A stretch of DNA of 63,809 bases, filler included, from Octopus bimaculoides (lineage: Eukaryota): assembly GCF_001194135.2 (NCBI RefSeq). It is 6 parts of 6 records of this genome, joined end to end, with 100 filler letters (N's around TTAATTAATTAA, not from the genome) between each part and the next. Parts side by side here need not be neighbours in the genome. Positions count along the whole stretch, not along the records: positions 1 to 25,152 come from NC_068990.1; 5 more parts are not named here. One strand, written 5' to 3'. The notes under the pieces are model-generated. The model saw only the letters and a program-made list of their open reading frames with translations. It ran no database searches and was not told where the DNA came from. Below are positions 11,828-25,252 of this stretch, piece after piece; position 1 is the stretch's first letter; each line of letters begins with the position of its first letter. The translations under genes were made by a program, and so were the position numbers.

Positions 11828-14323
11828 AAATGGAGCCTTGTATCTTTGTTGGAAATCGGCTCTCTCCTAGTGGAAGATTTATAATAATTAAAAAGTAGAG
11901 ATGCACATACATACATACAAACATATATACAAACATATATACATACATACAAACATATATACAAACATACATACATACATACATACATAAACACATACAT
12001 ATAAACATAAATACGTACATATATACAAACATACATAGATAATTACATATATGCACATGCATACATACGTCTGTATATGTTCCACTTGAGTATATAAATG
12101 AAAGACATAAAAATAGCTCTAAAACTATTAAATGTGCTTTGGAATAAAAATACTTTGTGTTGTATTTATTTTGCCAAATTGCACAGACATTCCCTTGTCA
12201 TTTTCACCTTCAGAATAGTGAACTAATTAATGATCATGTTATTGGAAACCTTGTACTAACGATATTATTATTTACCAAATGTTATATAGAATATTTGAAA
12301 ATTTGAAAATTTGTACAAATAACTCCTACAATCAAAGCCTTGTAAATACATAGAGATTTGAAGATCAATTTCAAATGCTGGTTAGGTTAGGATAGCAGAG
12401 AAATAATCAATCCACAAAACCAGTTTAGAGACTATATTTCAATAAAAGTAACAGATCAATTAAAATTAAAATAATTCTTGCTATTGCAACATTGGTTTCC
12501 TTTGAAGAATAACGGTTATAAATTAAATAATATAATTTTATAACAGTTTTGACTTTAAATAAAGACGTATCTATGGGAGGGGAGGTCTGTTTCAATGTAA
12601 TTTTTTTTTTTATAAAAGCAGTTGGAAGCCATCATAATGAAATTAATTTTTTTTTAATTAACTTTAAAAAAAATCTCTCTCAACTTTTAATCATTTGGGA
12701 AAATATTTCATTAATTATTAATTATAGCAGAACAGAGAAAATAAAAATTACTTTATTCTGTACTAAAGAACTTTCAATAATTTGACTTTTTCTCTACCTT
12801 GTAATTTATTTTATCATTTTTCTTGTAACTTCTATTTTATGGAAGTTTTTGGTTACTTTTTTTAATCTGATATAATTTCTTCATCTAAAAATGTCAATTA
12901 AATCATTTGAAAATAGTTTTATATATTTTGTACTGGAGTGCAGTAATTTTAATAAAATTCATTTACCAATGATTTTCAACTTAATATTCTCAAAATATTT
13001 CTCTACATTTTCCATTTTTAAACTTTTCTTATTTTCTTCGTTTTGCTTCCAGTTAAGAATTTGTCAAAGATATCTGTAAGATATTAAAATTTTCATACTT
13101 CTTATTGAATTATACATTCACAGACTCCAGCAGAATTCAACAGTTTCAGTTGCTTCCAATTTAACCTCAACATCTCTTTGGTTTAAATTACTTTTATTTT
13201 TGAGAAAGATGTGCTTAGAAAAGTAATTCAATTGTCTTCAACACTTCTTCATTGTACTCCAATAATCTGATAGTTTATCAAATGTCAGAAACACAATACT
13301 ATAAGTAGATATTATACTTCCTTATAGTCTAGTGATATAGGAGAACCAGTCAAAGTAAATATGACACAAGAATCAAAGATAAGCACTAACCTTATGAATT
13401 GTTGTAGAGCAATAAACAGACTATACTTCATTATACCAAACAAAAATCCTGATACACTGCAATATCTCAAGTTTAATACTACAACAACCTAAAGATAATA
13501 TGATAGTCTGTCTTGTTGTTTAAGTTAATTCCATATTTGAGAACTTTGAGGTAGTTTTATGCTCAAAGAAGTTTCATCTGGATGGATTTAAGCATTCATT
13601 TTCTTCTGGCACATTAGTCCGTTCAACCCCTGTGAGTCATAATCATAACGAGAACCACTGTTCTCACCTTCTCTGATATAAGTCACTCCCTCTCTTTTAC
13701 TACCTTTCCCTCAGACTAATACTTTTTTCAACCTTCTCATTTTATCATATAATTCGCCCAACACCCCTGGGTGACATGTTATAGATTTTTATTGAATTCC
13801 AATTAGCCTATTATTGAACTGGGTGTTAGTGTAACATGTATGCAAAGTTTTGTGAATATTGGCTCACTGGTTTAGGCACTGACAGACAGAAATTGTCATT
13901 TATATATATAGATATATACTACAGGCTTCTTTCAGTTTCCATCTCTGAAATTTACTCACAAGGTTTTGGTTGATCTAAGACTGTAGAAACTCACTTATTT
14001 AAGGTACCACATATGGGGCTGGACCTGAAAGCACATGATTGGGAACTGAACTTCTTCACCACACAAGCATGTCTGCACCTATATATATATACATATATAT
14101 ATATTTTTTTAAAAATAACGTCGACCACTAACGTGGACAATTAATGCGCTAGAAATAGATCACATTTTGTGTCTATTAAGACCTAAAAAGTTCTCAACAT
14201 GAAATATAGCAGCATACCAAAAACGTGAGCTGGCAAGACATTTAACATCACCTAAAAANNNNNNNNNNATACCAAAAACGTGAGCTGGCAAGACATTTAA
14301 CATCACCTAAAAAAATCATTATT

Positions 14324-14389
14324 AAACAGGAACCAGGTTTCGGATTTAACAAATTCTTACCATTTGTCTATTCCTCATCAGCCTGATTT
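14324..14389 (-). ncRNA. Minimal type-I hammerhead ribozyme motif, core intact
   Basis: Minus strand: AAATCAGG-CTGATGA-GGA...TCC-GAAAC-CTG-GTT-CCTGTTT. Stem I CAGG/CCTG, stem II GGA/TCC plus ACAAAT/ATTTGT, stem III ACC-T-GGT, cleavage triplet GUU. Confidence 0.75.
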
Positions 14390-14455
14390 GTAATGTAGCA
14401 GTAATTTTCAGAATCGTATACATAGTTGCCCACCGGCATGTGTGCGCGTGCGTGC

Positions 14456-14486
<31 letters not shown>

Positions 14487-14520
14487 CACATATATACATA
14501 TATAAGCATATATATGTGTA

Positions 14521-14552
<32 letters not shown>

Positions 14553-14748
14553 AACGCTTAGTTTTAGAATGGTGGCAACTGATGAAGGAAATGTTCTATA
14601 TGTGGCCTGTGTGTTTTTTGTGCTCTATTTATGTTCTGTTTCTCATTTTGTCCACGTTTTTTGTAATGTCCTGTACTCAGATATGCATCTATATATACAT
14701 GTAAATGTAGGTATGTACATACATGTACGTATATATGCATATACTCAC

Positions 14749-14785
<37 letters not shown>

Positions 14786-15362
14786 NNNNNNNNNNNNNNN
14801 NNNNNNNNNNNNNNNNNNNNNNNNNNNNNNNNNNNNNNNNNNNNNNNNNNNNNNNNNNNNNNNNNNNNNNNNNNNNNNNNNNNNNNNNNNNNNNNNNNNN
14901 NNNNNNNNNNNNNNNNNNNNNNNNNNNNNNNNNNNNNNNNNNNNNNNNNNNNNNNNNNNCACACAAGGTCGCGCGCACACTGGCACACACACACACACAT
15001 GACATCCTCACTATAACGTCATCAATAACCATCTGCAAAGGCAGAATAAATGGTAAAACAAAGAAAGAAAACAATCATGAAAACTCAATTTTATTTGGGA
15101 AATTTTAATATTTAGCCTTTAGCATGTTTTTTTCTTTCATTTTACTCATTTCTTCCTTTTTTTTTCTTTTTTGGCTTCTCTTTAATATCCTCCAACAACA
15201 GACTTTTGGTTTATTAGTTGTTTCCATGTAAATGGCATCTTTTTTAATCCTTTGCCATTTGCTTAGTTGCCCAGTTGGTGCAGAAAAATTGAAATTCTGC
15301 CAAAATGGTAAGTTTTTGTCATCCAACACACAAACACACACACACACACACAAACACACAGG

Positions 15363-15393
<31 letters not shown>

Positions 15394-15497
15394 ATACATA
15401 CATGCAAGTTTATGTGATTATTAAAAGGATGTGAATTCTTCCTTTGGGAGAAATTTTCAAGTTTCTTTTATGACTTTGAGAAACGGCAATATTTTTA

Positions 15498-15800
15498 TTG
15501 TTTCTTCTTCTTCTTCCTCTTCTTCTTCTTTTTCTTCTTTTTCTTCTTTTTCTTCTTCTTCTCCTCCTCCTCCTCCTCATCATCATCATCATCATTATCG
15601 TCTTCATCATCATCATGTTCATCATCATCATTATTATTATCATTATCATTATTATTATTATTATCATCATCATTATTATTATCATCATCATTATTATCAT
15701 CATCATCATCATCATTATCATCATTATTATTATTATTATTAGTAGTATTATTATTATTATTACTCTTATCATCATCATTGTTGTTGTTGTTGTTGTTGTT
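15498..15800. repeat. Compound trinucleotide microsatellite (CTT)-(CCT)-(CAT)-(TAT)-(GTT)
   Basis: Visible directly; it accounts for the homopolymeric ORFs at 15410-15880. Confidence 0.95.
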
Positions 15801-16080
15801 GCTGCTATCGTTATAAACAAATTCAAACAGTAACGATGGGAAGTATCAAAAAATAAGACTTGGTATAAATGTTTTGTCAATTAGTCAGGAAGAATTATGA
15901 GTTGGGGGAATACTTTTCTGAATATCAAGCAGTAGATTTATGTTTTAAAGAGGCCATAATGACTTATTCAATATAAACATTTTAGGTCCTATATACACAC
16001 ACACACACACACGCATACATACATACTCATACACACCACACACACATACACACACACACACATACATACATATAGACATA

Positions 16081-16477
16081 TATTCTTTAATTCTTTTACT
16101 TGTTTCAGTCATTTGACTGTAGCCATGCTGGAGCACTGCTTTTAGTCGAACAAACCGACCCTCGAACTTATGCTTTCTAAGCCTAGTACTTATTCTATTG
16201 GTCTCTATTGCCAAACCACTAAGTTATGGGGATGTAAACACACCAACACCAGCTGTCAAGTGGTGATGGGAGGACGAACACAGACAGACAGACAGACACA
16301 TACACACATCTTTTTAATATATATATACTATGGGCTTCTTTCAGTTACCATCTACCAAATCCACTCACAAGGCTTTTGGTCAACCTGAGGCTATAGTAGA
16401 AGACACTTGCTGAAGGTGCCATGAACCCAAAACAATGTGGTTGGTAAGCAAGCTACTTACCACACAACCGCTCTTGT
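16081..16477 (-). mobile_element. Full bipartite tRNA-derived SINE with internal microsatellite
   Basis: Collinear with 9951-10355; (CAGA)n(CA)n(TA)n at about 16280-16327. Confidence 0.85.
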
Positions 16478-16804
16478 GAAAAACTAGAGGTAGTCGATAG
16501 CTTCCGCTATCTGGGCGACCAAGTTAGTAGTGGGGGTGGGTGCGCTGAAAGTGTAGCTGCTAGAATAAGAATAGCCTGGGCAAAGTTTAGAGAGCTCTTA
16601 CCCCTGCTGGCGACAAAGGGACTCTCACTCAGAGTAAAAGGCAGACTGTATGACGCATGCGTACGAACAACCATGCTACATGGCAGTGAAACATGGGCTG
16701 TAACTGCTGAGGACATACGTAAGCTCGCAAGGAATGAAGCCAGTATGCTCCGTTGGATGTGTAATGTCAATGTGAATACCCGTCAGAGTGTAAGTATCTT
16801 GAGA
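16478..16804 (+). mobile_element. RTE-clade LINE reverse transcriptase C-terminal fragment (runs into a gap)
   Basis: Uninterrupted frame EKLEVVDSFRYLGDQVSSGGGCAESVAARIRIAWAKFRELLPLL...LYDACVRTTMLHGSETW...NEASMLRWMCNV, with the FxYLG and YGSETW-type motifs of RTE elements. Confidence 0.9.
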
Positions 16805-17552
16805 NNNNNNNNNNNNNNNNNNNNNNNNNNNNNNNNNNNNNNNNNNNNNNNNNNNNNNNNNNNNNNNNNNNNNNNNNNNNNNNNNNNNNNNNNNNNNNNN
16901 NNNNNNNNNNNNNNNNNNNNNNNNNNNNNNNNNNNNNNNNNNNNNNNNNNNNNNNNNNNNNNNNNNNNNNNNNNNNNNNNNNNNNNNNNNNNNNNNNNNN
17001 NNNNNNNNNNNNNNNNNNNNNNNNNNNNNNNNNNNNNNNNNNNNNNNNNNNNNNNNNNNNNNNNNNNNNNNNNNNNNNNNNNNNNNNNNNNNNNNNNNNN
17101 NNNNNNNNNNNNNNNNNNNNNNNNNNNNNNNNNNNNNNNNNNNNNNNNNNNNNNNNNNNNNNNNNNNNNNNNNNNNNNNNNNNNNNNNNNNNNNNNNNNN
17201 NNNNNNNNNNNNNNNNNNNNNNNNNNNNNNNNNNNNNNNNNNNNNNNNNNNNNNNNNNNNNNNNNNNNNNNNNNNNNNNNNNNNNNNNNNNNNNNNNNNN
17301 NNNNNNNNNNNNNNNNNNNNNNNNNNNNNNNNNNNNNNNNNNNNNNNNNNNNNNNNNNNNNNNNNNNNNNNNNNNNNNNNNNNNNNNNNNNNNNNNNNNN
17401 NNNNNNNNNNNNNNNNNNNNNNNNNNNNNNNNNNNNNNNNNNNNNNNNNNNNNNNNNNNNNNNNNNNNNNNNNNNNNNNNNNNNNNNNNNNNNNNNNNNN
17501 NNNNNNNNNNNNNNNNNNNNNNNNNNNNNNNNNNNNNNNNNNNNNNNNNNNN

Positions 17553-17595
<43 letters not shown>

Positions 17596-19627
17596 GACAC
17601 ATGAAGGAAGAAAAAACTGGAAAAGTGAGTTTGAGAGATATTTAAGGACCTACAAAAATGAATAATACATAATATAGACTATGATTATGCACAATATCTA
17701 ACTTTGTGAATGGAAGAAAAGTAAATAAGTCCATTTGCTTTCCATTTTTGTTAAATTTGGGGGTTTATTTTGTATAAAAGAAAACAATATTTTCTAACCA
17801 GATTGACAGAAAAATAATAATTATGTATCTTCTTTGAATTTGGCAAAGTTTTGTTGTAAATTAAATTTATTTTTTAAACTTTTTTTTCATTTTTATATCA
17901 TTTATTTTTTTTTTGAAATTTTATCTTGTAGTTTTGACATTCTGTTTTTTTATTCTTCTCGACATGTTGTTTATATGAAAATTAATCTATAGCTTCACAT
18001 CTGTTAGTATGTCTTGGTACATGCCTACTTCCACAGCTCACAACAGTTCTGGAATTTTCATTAGAAAAACAGCTTGGACACATATTGATTTCAGTGAAGG
18101 TCTCTATTCATTTGCAATGGCCAAGTTCTTTTTTCTTCAACATTATTATTGATTTCTTTTGACCACATACCACAAGAACATCTTTTTTTTTAAATGCTAA
18201 TAAATGGTGAGTGAGAGAGGAAGTGTGGTTTATGTAATTCTCCCACGTATATCACTGGTACTTATTTTATTATTTATCCAAAGGACGGCAGTGAAGTCAG
18301 CAGGACTGTGAAAGTGTCAAATAAAAATATCATGCAATATTTGGTTTAGTTTTTTACATTCAGAGTTCAAATCCAATTGACAGTAACTTTGATTTTCATC
18401 CATCCATGCATTGGTGTTTTACTTATCAACCCCCAAATTGGATTAAAGGCAAGTTGACCTTAGTGAGATTTGAACCCAGAGCAAGGAGAGTTAGAACATA
18501 TGGTAAGTCTACATTATTCTGTAAGGAGCACAAGGCTGGTTTCCCACTTTCTGGTTTCTCTGGTATATATATTCCTCCCTGGATCGAATGATGATCCATC
18601 ATAGGATTACTCTTTCCACCTGCTGGGCAGACTGGAACAATGTGAAAGGAAGTGTTTTGCTCAAGAACACAATACATCATCTAGTTCAGAAACTGAAACC
18701 ACAAACTTACAATCAACACTCTAACCACTAAACCACGTGCCTCTATGAGTTAGAACATAGACCATGCTCAAATGACTGCTAATTCACCATCATACTGCCA
18801 TTATATAGCTCATATAATACATAATCAGACTCCAAAATTTAACACTTGTGTCTGAATACAACATAGTAAATAAAAAACTGTTAGTGAACGTATAATATAT
18901 CTATGTGCTTGCCTGCATATGTAAGGGCTGTGTACATATTTGTCTATGTACTGCACATATGTGACTGTGTGCAGGTTTTGAAGGCTACAGTAATATCATT
19001 TGAAAGCTTGTTTGAAGTAACGTTTGGTAAAGATCTTTGGCACTAAAATTTCTGTTAGTGATTAGTTCCCAACTGTGGACTACAATATTAGTTCTTTACT
19101 GTCAAAAACCACAGACTCACAGGAAGCAGTTATAACAATCACCAGAACAACATAACTTAAAATTCTGAAGTTATTGTTGTTATTGTTGCTGTGGTTCAAT
19201 TTGCTGCAGCAATTTTGGTTATTGCTGTTGTTATTGTTGTTGTTTTTGTTGTTGTTGTCTCTAACGTTGTTTAGGTTGGTGATTATTGTCATAAGAGCAG
19301 GTGTGGAAGGGGTGTAGAAAAGACAACATCCAATATTGTTTAAATGTAATTACTAAATGTTATTTTCTTTATTTGCCGAAAGTCTACAGCAGATGTTATG
19401 TCCTTTGTTGTTAGCCAGTTGCCATGACTACCATAAATGGAGAAACTTAAATTTTATCATCATACCACCACCCACAATACTGCAAATGCTGTTTCTGACG
19501 TTACACCAAACCACCTCGTTAGTGTAGCTTGTGTTATACAAAACATTGTTAATAGTTGTAATTATTGCTTGTCTCTGCCTGTGCACCATATACTCTGTGT
19601 TTGTGTATATATGTATGTGTGTGTGTG

Positions 19628-19691
<64 letters not shown>

Positions 19692-19751
19692 CATACATAT
19701 ACACACACACATACATACATATATATGTGTGTTTGTGTATGTGTGTGCATG

Positions 19752-19811
<60 letters not shown>

Positions 19812-20577
19812 TATACACGCACACATATACATATATACACATATGTACAACTGATTACAAGTAGAAAGCACAGGCATTTGATGTCTGATACTATTCTCTT
19901 TGAGAAATAAATTGAGAGTTTATCACTTTTATTGTGTGTGTGTGTGTGTATGTGAGTGTACGTATGTGTATGTGTGTGTGTTTGTGTACAGATACATATG
20001 CCACACACACACACACACATACTTACACACACACATATATAAATATTTTGAAACTAGTTAGTCAGTGCATTTATGTGTGAGTGACAGCAAAGTTACAAAA
20101 CAATATACAGGAACAATAAAAAAAATTTTACATTTCAAACTGGAAGTGCTGTTTCTGTTATGAGATTTATTGCTGAATTTTAAGTACTTTCAAGTTCATA
20201 ACTCTTCATCAGATAGGTTGATTGACTGCTGTGTGCTTCTACTACTGGTACATTATTAATTGGGGGATTGGACTTGCAGAAGTATATATGTTTAGTGCTT
20301 GCGTATACTAAATATATATATATACGTGCCTCTGTGTGTGTGTGTATGTCCAGTTCTTCTCTCCTGTTTTCAGTAGAGTTTTGTTTCCTAATGAAGTGTG
20401 TCACAGCAATTCAAAAGTCTGCAGCATTTGTGTGTGTCTAGCCAGATTGTGAACATCCACAAAACCTGAAATGTCATGTATCAGTGAGTGAGACTGCCTG
20501 TGGTATTCATTGACTGACGCAGTGAAGCTGTACAGAGAGCGTAGATGTTCTCTCTTTTTTGCTATTTCTCACTTTCT

Positions 20578-20608
<31 letters not shown>

Positions 20609-21611
20609 ACTAACTGTTCCAAGGTCTGTGCAATCTGAAGAAATGCTGTTGAACACATGTATTGTACCTCCCTACATGGATACATTATGGATATTTATAT
20701 GACAGTAGATGAAGTACCTATGAACACCTGCGTTGCTCTACATTGACTTATGTAATGCGTTTGGAATATTTACTTCTTGTGGAGGTTAACAGATATACAC
20801 ACACCATGGAAGTATTACAGGGAAAGGGTGTGCATGCATAGGTATGTAGCAGTATCTGGAATGGTGAGGTTTGTATACAACATGCTCGCCTGTGCATAGA
20901 GATATCTACAACTAAGTGAGTATGAAAGCATGTGTAGATGTTAGACTATGAATATGAGTGCTTAAACACATATGTGTGTATTGAATGTGTGTGTGTGTGT
21001 GCGTGTGTGCATGTGCGTGTGTGCTCATTGCTGGACCACCTGCAAATATTTCTGATTTACAGACCTGTTTACAAAAGAACTGTCTAGAGGCTATGTCTGC
21101 CATACTAGATATAGTTTGACACAAACGTCAAGAAGGACAAATCTGCTATCTTGCTTTCACACTCTGGTATATGCCAATGATTGGTATTGTTACTGTGGTT
21201 ATGATTGCTACTACATTGACCACTACTACCCATAGTCAGTCTAATTTTTCTCTATTCTTATTAATATATAATGCAGTTTTAACTCCATATGCTTAGCTTA
21301 GGATGAATGATGATTATTGACAAACCGCATGGAGTAGAGAAGTGGAGTGTGGGATCATTTACCAAGTATTTGGTAATGTATTGTGCTTTTCAGCACATTT
21401 TAAAATTATATGCACACAAACACACACACATACATTCACACACACGTATATAAATGGATATCCAAATATAAGTATATACATATATATATATGTATAAATG
21501 ATCTTATAATAAATAAACACAAGTCTTGTAAATAAAGCTACCCAGGGTTTCCTGGTTGAAATAATAATTTATTGTGCCATTTATCAAGCTGATAACAAGA
21601 CTCTTTGTCAG

Positions 21612-21681
21612 TTATCATTTGAGCAGATAACATTTAAACAAGAGATGCTTGTAAAGAAGAAGACAAAAAGGAAAACCACAG
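21612..21681 (+). CDS. Candidate 70-nt internal exon, LSFEQITFKQEMLVKKKTKRKTT
   Basis: Acceptor ctctttgtcag|, donor CAG|GTGAGA, and an open lysine-rich frame. No homologue recognised. Confidence 0.3.
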
Positions 21682-22636
21682 GTGAGATAACCAGCATTAC
21701 AATAGTTTGATATCAAGCAGACTTAACCAAGATGTTCATGGTTTATTAAGTGTCCAATGGCCTGCTTTTAAATTCTGACAAGATGCTTTTCTTGAAATGC
21801 GGATTTACAGAAAAAAAATCCCACTCCTCAATTTTATGTATTCATTGGAGGTTCTCAAGTTTTTTAAGAGATACAATTTTCCAAGAGAACATACTGATCA
21901 CATTTTGAACCCATTGATATAGGTATGGATTTGGAGTGAATTTTTCATTTGCTGTCAAAACTGATTTCTTTGTCTTTAAATTTCCAGATTAAAGCCAAAT
22001 GGGTTGTTGAATCTCTCTTAAAATTCGAAAGATGGTTGTTATTATCTTGAGTTAAATTTTCTTTCCACAGTTCCAGATATAACAACTACCGTTCAAATTT
22101 TAAATACTGTTTTGAATAAGCATTGATTTTAAATAAGTATTGTTACAAGAATTATAAATTTATGAGAATTATTATGTCAAGGGGAGGAAGTGAATAATCA
22201 GAAATTAAAATTCAGATATTATTAGGTATTACATGACTATGCATTCATGAATTTAAGTGGTAGCAAATATACATGTGTATATGTGTAACATTAAGCATTT
22301 TATTTTGTCAAAATAATGCATTATGAAATTTTTATGGAAATTAGTATGGTTACAAAAATTATGAATTTATGAAATTGTTAGTATAGCTGCGAAAGATTGA
22401 TAAATAGGAGAGAATTGAAATGAAATTACATTAAAAATTGAGGTGTTGTTAAGTAACAATTCATTCATGCAGTTGATTGGTTGTAAATATATTTATGCAT
22501 TGATATGGGAATTATAGAGATATGGGAATATGTATGTGTGTATGTGTGTGTGTGTGTAGATTTATGGGGAATAATGCTATTTTAAAACTTGATATTATGT
22601 ATATACATATATGTGTGTGTGTGCATGTGTGTGTAT

Positions 22637-22669
<33 letters not shown>

Positions 22670-22807
22670 CATGTATGTATATGTATATATATATATATAT
22701 GTGCGTGTGTGTGTGTGTGTGTATAATATATGTGTGTGCATACATATATGATAGACCGCTGACCACTAGATTTATATTTTTTTCTCTCCTTGTTTCTTTC
22801 TGTGTTC

Positions 22808-22843
22808 CTTTCTGTTGAAGAGCGTAGGCTCGAAACATTAAAG
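22808..22843 (+). ncRNA. Decayed type-I hammerhead motif inside a ~190-bp repeat (about 22745-22935)
   Basis: CTTT-CTGTTGA-A-GAGC-GTAG-GCTC-GAAAC-ATT-AAAG. Stems I and II are intact; the core has A6>U and the GUU triplet reads AUU (a CpG>CpA-type change). Confidence 0.5.
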
Positions 22844-22989
22844 ACTTTCTCTATTCCTGAGCGTTATACTAATACATCCATTTGGTGTTTATACCACCTG
22901 TCTTCGTCTGTTGTTTTTTTCGTAAATTCTCCCATATATATATATGTATGTATACATATGCATATATTTACACATATATGATACATATA

Positions 22990-23598
22990 TAGGCGTAGGA
23001 GTGGCTGTGTGGTAAGTAGCTTGCTAACAAACCACATGGTTCCGGGTTCAGTTCCACTGCATGGCACGTTGGGCAAGTGTCTTCTACTATAGCCTTGGGC
23101 CGACCAAAGCCTTGTGAGTGGATTTGGTAGACGGAAACTGAAAGAAGCCCGTCATATATATGTATATATATATATATATATNNNNNNNNNNNNNNNNNNN
23201 NNNNNNNNNNNNNNNNNNNNNNNNNNNNNNNNNNNNNNNNNNNNNNNNNNNNNNNNNNNNNNNNNNNNNNNNNNNNNNNNNNNNNNNNNNNNNNNNNNNN
23301 NNNNNNNNNNNNNNNNNNNNNNNNNNNNNNNNNNNNNNNNNNNNNNNNNNNNNNNNNNNNNNNNNNNNNNNNNNNNNNNNNNNNNNNNNNNNNNNNNNNN
23401 NNNNNNNNNNNNNNNNNNNNNNNNNNNNNNNNNNNNNNNNNNNNNNNNNNNNNNNNNNNNNNNNNCGGCAAAAGAGACTGATAGAATAAGTACTAGGCTT
23501 ACAAGGATTAAGCACTGGGGTTGATTTGCTTGACTAAAGGCGGTGCTCCAGCATGGCCACAGTCAAATGACTGAAACAGGTAAAAGAGTAAAAGAGTA
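22990..23598 (+). mobile_element. Bipartite tRNA-derived SINE, internal (TA)n unresolved (N gap)
   Basis: Head at 22990-23152 and tail at 23466-23598 match the other copies. Confidence 0.85.
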
Positions 23599-23670
23599 TA
23601 TACACATATATTGTATATTTATATACATATATAATATATATATAATATATAAATAAATGTGTGCCTGTGT

Positions 23671-23709
<39 letters not shown>

Positions 23710-24034
23710 TTTGTGTGTGTTAAGAGTTAGTCCATCACAAACCAGAAAGGAAAACACATTCAATATAAGTAATCGAGTGGTTATAGTTTTATATATCATC
23801 AAGTACAATATTACTGGTTATGACATATAACAGTTCAAAACGTTTGCATTGGCTTCATGTGGAATACTGCCACTACGCAATATTGGCAACACTTCAGACA
23901 TACTTGCTGGGAGTGCAATAGTCAGTGATAAACAAACAGGACATTCCAACCAATTATGTCATAACCAGGAATATAATGCTCCATGATATATAAATACATG
24001 TATATAAGTGCGCGCGCGCACACACACACACGTG

Positions 24035-24249
24035 TAAGAGAAAAGGTGCTGAAAAGTTTCCAGCTTTGAGTAAAAGAAAATACAGGAGGATCAGTTAATT
24101 ATGATTTTATTTAAATATTTCTCTCTCGGTTTCACATATGCATTGCAATGGTCCTTCAGTTTTCTAAGCCCTGTAAAAGAACTCAGAAAGTTGGACCTCC
24201 AGCTAGGCCTTGTGCAATACCCTCAAAGTCAAGAACTTTTCAGCATCTA
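24035..24249 (-). mobile_element. Mariner-derived MITE, second copy in opposite orientation
   Basis: Reverse-complement similarity to 11442-11664; TIR-like GGTGCTGAAAAGTT / AACTTTTCAGCATC. Confidence 0.7.
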
Positions 24250-24353
24250 GTAGATATTTCAGACTGTGCTACCTTAGACACTGTATTCAGGTCACAGTCA
24301 AAACTTTCTGACATGGGTTCGTATCTCACCCAAGACAAATAGTGATATTTTTT

Positions 24354-24500
24354 CAGATGTGCTATTGGGAGAGGCTAAAGGAACTGAAGTTCGACTTCCA
24401 AAAGAGAAAGTGTGAAAGATATACTGTGACATACATATGGAAGATATTGGAAGATCTAACTCCCAACTTTGGAACTGAAAGCTATATTAACCATCAAACT
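24354..24500 (+). mobile_element. CR1/L2-type LINE ORF2 C-terminal relic
   Basis: QMCYWERLKELKFDFQKRKCERYTVTYIWKILEDLTPNFG fits the Y.ERL..L.L.SL..RR.R...I..WKI pattern. Confidence 0.7.
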
Positions 24501-24630
24501 ATGCCAACTTGCTACTTTAGCAGAAATGGTACAGAAAAGAAAACCAAAGACACTGAAAGGCAGTGCTCCAGCATGGCCTCAGCTGAAACCAGTACAAGAT
24601 GAAAGATAAAAGATATATATACATGTATTT

Positions 24631-24966
24631 GGTAGTTGTCTACTTATGCAGAGTCTGACCACCTCCTGTACCAACACCTTAGATCCATCATCGCATCTGA
24701 TGTGGCTTTTTAAACCAGACAATGTATTGAAAAGACACCCACATAGATTGCATTTCTGATTTGGACACCAAGAGCTGCATTTAAGCTCTGGTCTTTGTGG
24801 ATCATAAAATGTTTTTTGCGGCCTCCGTTAGATTTGCGGACATTATGGCATACATGGTATTGAAAGGTGTGCACAGACATATAGGCAGAAAAGTTGGTGG
24901 AGGTTCGTTTTCCATGCGTTCGCAGATGAGATTTGAGCCCAGCAAAAGGAAGGGATGGTCTGTCAC
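24631..24966 (-). mobile_element. Degraded second copy of the triple-C2H2 LINE 3' end
   Basis: Minus strand reads [34 protein letters not shown]...[13 protein letters not shown]...CNLCGCLFNTLSGLKSHIR. It shares the 3' UTR with 9493-9933; several Cys/His residues are lost. Confidence 0.85.
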
Positions 24967-25058
24967 ATATATAAACCTATTCATATATATGCCATACATA
25001 TCCATGGATATATATATATATGTATATGCATATATGCATATATGTATATATGTATATA

Positions 25059-25152
<94 letters not shown>

Positions 25153-25252
25153 NNNNNNNNNNNNNNNNNNNNNNNNNNNNNNNNNNNNNNNNNNNNTTAA
25201 TTAATTAANNNNNNNNNNNNNNNNNNNNNNNNNNNNNNNNNNNNNNNNNNNN
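25153..25252. other. Artificial scaffold linker N44-TTAATTAATTAA-N44
   Basis: Exactly 100 bp, with stops in all six frames; identical at five sites. Confidence 0.95.

Noticed and set aside
14214-14313. 45-bp direct repeat around a 10-N gap
   Set aside because: Typical unmerged contig overlap, i.e. an assembly artefact.
20170-20220. Minus-strand CTGATGA...GAAAGTACTT hammerhead-like string
   Set aside because: Stem I does not pair, so it is probably chance.
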